A stretch of DNA of 64,000 nt from an uncultured Flavobacteriaceae bacterium (GTDB lineage Bacteria; Bacteroidota; Bacteroidia; Flavobacteriales; Flavobacteriaceae), in NCBI GenBank assembly GCA_943842245.1, contig CALTAJ010000002.1, forward strand, positions 271,596-335,595, written 5' to 3'. The notes below the pieces were generated by a model. The model ran no database searches and was not told where the DNA came from. It saw only the letters and a list, made by a program, of their open reading frames with translations. A program made the translations under genes and the position numbers. The stretch's first letter is position 1; each line of letters starts with the position of its first letter. Below are positions 59,110 to 64,000 of the stretch, piece after piece.

Positions 59110-61209
59110 ATGAAAAATATACTTCTTCTATTCGTTATTCTTTTGCTCGTTTCTTGTTCCGAGCAAAAATTAGAGTCCAATACTTTTGAATTACTTCCCT
59201 CTACTCAACAGTTTTCCATTAACTCAGAAGTGTCCACTCTAGATGCAAGTGCTTTAGAATGGTCATACAGTACTCAAGGTAATACCCTACCTATCAGATA
59301 TGGTGTTTTAAAAAATTTAGTTCAAATAGAAACTGCAGAAAGAGCACAAATTCATTTTAATATTAATCCTAAAGTTGGGCATCAAGCAGAAAGTTATTTG
59401 CTTAAAATTGAAGAAGAAAAGATCCGTATTGAGGCGCAAGATGAAGCTGGTTTATTTTATGCCTTTATAACTCTTTCTCAAATTATAGATGATGCTCAAG
59501 GACGGACATTACCTATGTTAGAAATCAATGATGCACCAAAAATTGCCTTTCGCCCAATTCAAATAGACATCAAACATCACCTAGAAAAAAAAACCTATTA
59601 TTATGATTTAATGGATCATTTGGCGCAATTAAAAATCAATGGAGTGATTCTGGAAATTGAAGATAAATTACAGTATGAACGTCGACCAGAAGTGGGTAGT
59701 GAGGATGCTATGTCAATTAAACAATGGAGAGCCATAAGTAAATATGCACATGAGAGAAACATCAATATCAGCCCATTAGTACAAGGTTTAGGACATGCTT
59801 CTTTTGTGCTAAAACACAAAATCAATTTTCCACTTCGTGACGATCCGAAAAGTGACTGGGCTTTTAATCCCTTAGATGCAAAAACCTATGAATTGCAATT
59901 TGACCTCTATCTAGATGCAATGGAAGCATTTCCTTTTGGAAAGTATCTTCATGTAGGAGGTGATGAAGTAAAAACCACAGGACGAAATAGTGGGATGTCA
60001 TCCTTAGAATTAAATTTAATTTGGCTAAATAAAGTTAGTGTTTTTGCAGCAGAGCACAATCGAATCCCTATTTTCTGGGACGATATGCCCCTCAAAGAAG
60101 CGGGACTAATGTCTCCTATTTATGATAGTAAAATGAGTGAGCAAACTGTTGATTCTATATGGGCTAAAAACGAACTCAATCTCAATCAATTAATCACAGA
60201 GTTTCCCAAAAACTGTGTGTATATGCGTTGGAATTATCATTTGGCAGAATCCTATGGAAATGGGAAGGCTATGGACTGGTTCTCTTCCAACGGATTTAAT
60301 GTAATGGGGGCAACTTCAGGACAAACCCGATGGACCTTAATGCCTCAAAGAGAAAGTAATATAGATCAAATAAAAATCTTTGCGCAACAATCTATTGATA
60401 GAAATTACAACGGATTACTATTAACCCTTTGGGATGACGACTCTCCACATTTTGAACTCTATAAACGGGGAATTGCCGCTTTTGCAGAATATAGTTGGGC
60501 GGGTATGAAACGTACCAAAGAAGAATTTAAAACTAGCTTTAGACATCGTACTTTTGGATCGTCCTCTAAATCTGAAGACTATGCCTTTATAGATGCATTA
60601 GATAAACCCGTTGCTCTTTGGACTAATGTGTTGTTGGAAGAAGGGATTCATCGTAATTCATTAGTGCATAGAGAAAATGTGATCGAACAATATGTTATGG
60701 ATTTACCCGATTTTAAAGACAAAGGGGCTTGGGCTGCAAAGTATGCTAATCGTTTAAAAAATATTTCCGAGCAAAATAAAAATTTAAATAAAGTGAAAAA
60801 AATCCTTGCTAAATTAAAATTACAGGATTCCAAAAATCAATATACAATTGCAATTTATGAGCAAGTAAGTGCCTTGGTAGAATATAATTTTGAAGTCCTA
60901 AAAAAAATTGAAGCTTTTGATCTTGCCATTACTGCTGATGAGGAAATAAAAATTTTATTGCAACTGCAAGAGCTAATACAAAAATTTGGATCGTTTCGAC
61001 AGGAATTTGAAAAAGTATATAGCCAAACGAGAATTCTCAATAAGCCTGAAAATTATATCCTCGATCAAGATCATCACAATCATCCAGCAAATCAATCCGT
61101 TAATTTTGATTGGCAATTTATATCTGAAATCCTTTTTTTAGAAAAAGTAAACACGCATTTTAAAACCAAAATTGCATGGCAGGAGGGAACAAATACTGTT
61201 CTAAAATAA
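59110..61209 (+). CDS. Glycoside hydrolase family 20 (beta-N-acetylhexosaminidase-like) lipoprotein with a long helical C-terminal extension
   Basis: 699 aa with a lipobox LLVSC. It has a GH20b-like N-domain (DEAGLFYAFITLSQI). The catalytic barrel carries FRPIQIDIKHH and HVGGDEV (the D-E pair). Confidence 0.75.
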   Translation: MKNILLLFVILLLVSCSEQKLESNTFELLPSTQQFSINSEVSTLDASALEWSYSTQGNTLPIRYGVLKNLVQIETAERAQIHFNINPKVGHQAESYLLKIEEEKIRIEAQDEAGLFYAFITLSQIIDDAQGRTLPMLEINDAPKIAFRPIQIDIKHHLEKKTYYYDLMDHLAQLKINGVILEIEDKLQYERRPEVGSEDAMSIKQWRAISKYAHERNINISPLVQGLGHASFVLKHKINFPLRDDPKSDWAFNPLDAKTYELQFDLYLDAMEAFPFGKYLHVGGDEVKTTGRNSGMSSLELNLIWLNKVSVFAAEHNRIPIFWDDMPLKEAGLMSPIYDSKMSEQTVDSIWAKNELNLNQLITEFPKNCVYMRWNYHLAESYGNGKAMDWFSSNGFNVMGATSGQTRWTLMPQRESNIDQIKIFAQQSIDRNYNGLLLTLWDDDSPHFELYKRGIAAFAEYSWAGMKRTKEEFKTSFRHRTFGSSSKSEDYAFIDALDKPVALWTNVLLEEGIHRNSLVHRENVIEQYVMDLPDFKDKGAWAAKYANRLKNISEQNKNLNKVKKILAKLKLQDSKNQYTIAIYEQVSALVEYNFEVLKKIEAFDLAITADEEIKILLQLQELIQKFGSFRQEFEKVYSQTRILNKPENYILDQDHHNHPANQSVNFDWQFISEILFLEKVNTHFKTKIAWQEGTNTVLK

Positions 61210-61244
61210 TTATAAAATTATTTTTTTTGGTATTAAATAACCAC

Positions 61245-64000
<2,756 letters not shown>

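Overview
This is an AT-rich chromosomal segment. Its gene content, synteny and promoter-like motifs (SusC/SusD pair, TamB next to TsaD, LptD/amidase/RidA neighbourhood, TAnnTTTG boxes) point to a Flavobacteriia-type member of the Bacteroidota.

**1-28.8 kb (core housekeeping):**
- bshA fragment and a GH3/beta-lactamase-fold fusion
- a split HdrD-like Fe-S oxidoreductase cluster
- MlaD, AmiC-type amidase, LptD, RidA, GlcNAc-kinase-like ATPase
- gap, pfkA, tamB, tsaD, rsmE
- AI-2E transporter, nitronate monooxygenase, ald, two phosphoesterases, an MsbA-like ABC exporter

**28.8-38.6 kb (integrative island, about 9.7 kb):**
- The island sits in tRNA-Arg(TCT) and is bounded by a perfect 51-bp direct repeat.
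- It carries an intact tyrosine integrase, an excisionase-like HTH gene and an orphan 48-aa RHH (MobC/CopG-like) ORF.
- It also carries several short repeat and hairpin families.
- The cargo is small (two DUF6090-like paralogs, an ABM lipoprotein, DUF1330) plus a heavily decayed surface-protein pseudogene.

**38.8-42.5 kb:** a mesX (DUF1852) - mesD (short MetE-like) - TSUP transporter operon with a divergent Lrp/AsnC regulator. This is the recently described O2-dependent, folate-independent methionine synthase, whose methyl donor is unknown.

**45.4-64 kb (PUL-like locus):**
- SusC, SusD, a 1102-aa VCBS/FG-GAP + ASPIC/UnbV (CRTAC1-like) protein and a small lipoprotein
- an NHL beta-propeller lipoprotein and a seven-CXXCH multihaem cytochrome c lipoprotein
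- a frameshifted NagX/HGSNAT-like acyltransferase, GH20, and a partial GH2 beta-galactosidase

I saw no CRISPR array, no rRNA, and only one complete tRNA.

The best candidates for under-described biology are the SusCD-CRTAC1-NHL-heptahaem cytochrome locus, the mesXD-TSUP-Lrp module, and the architecture of the tRNA-Arg island. That architecture includes 5'-half integration with an element-supplied promoter and an inverted-repeat-flanked xis segment next to the integrase. None of these can be proven from sequence alone.
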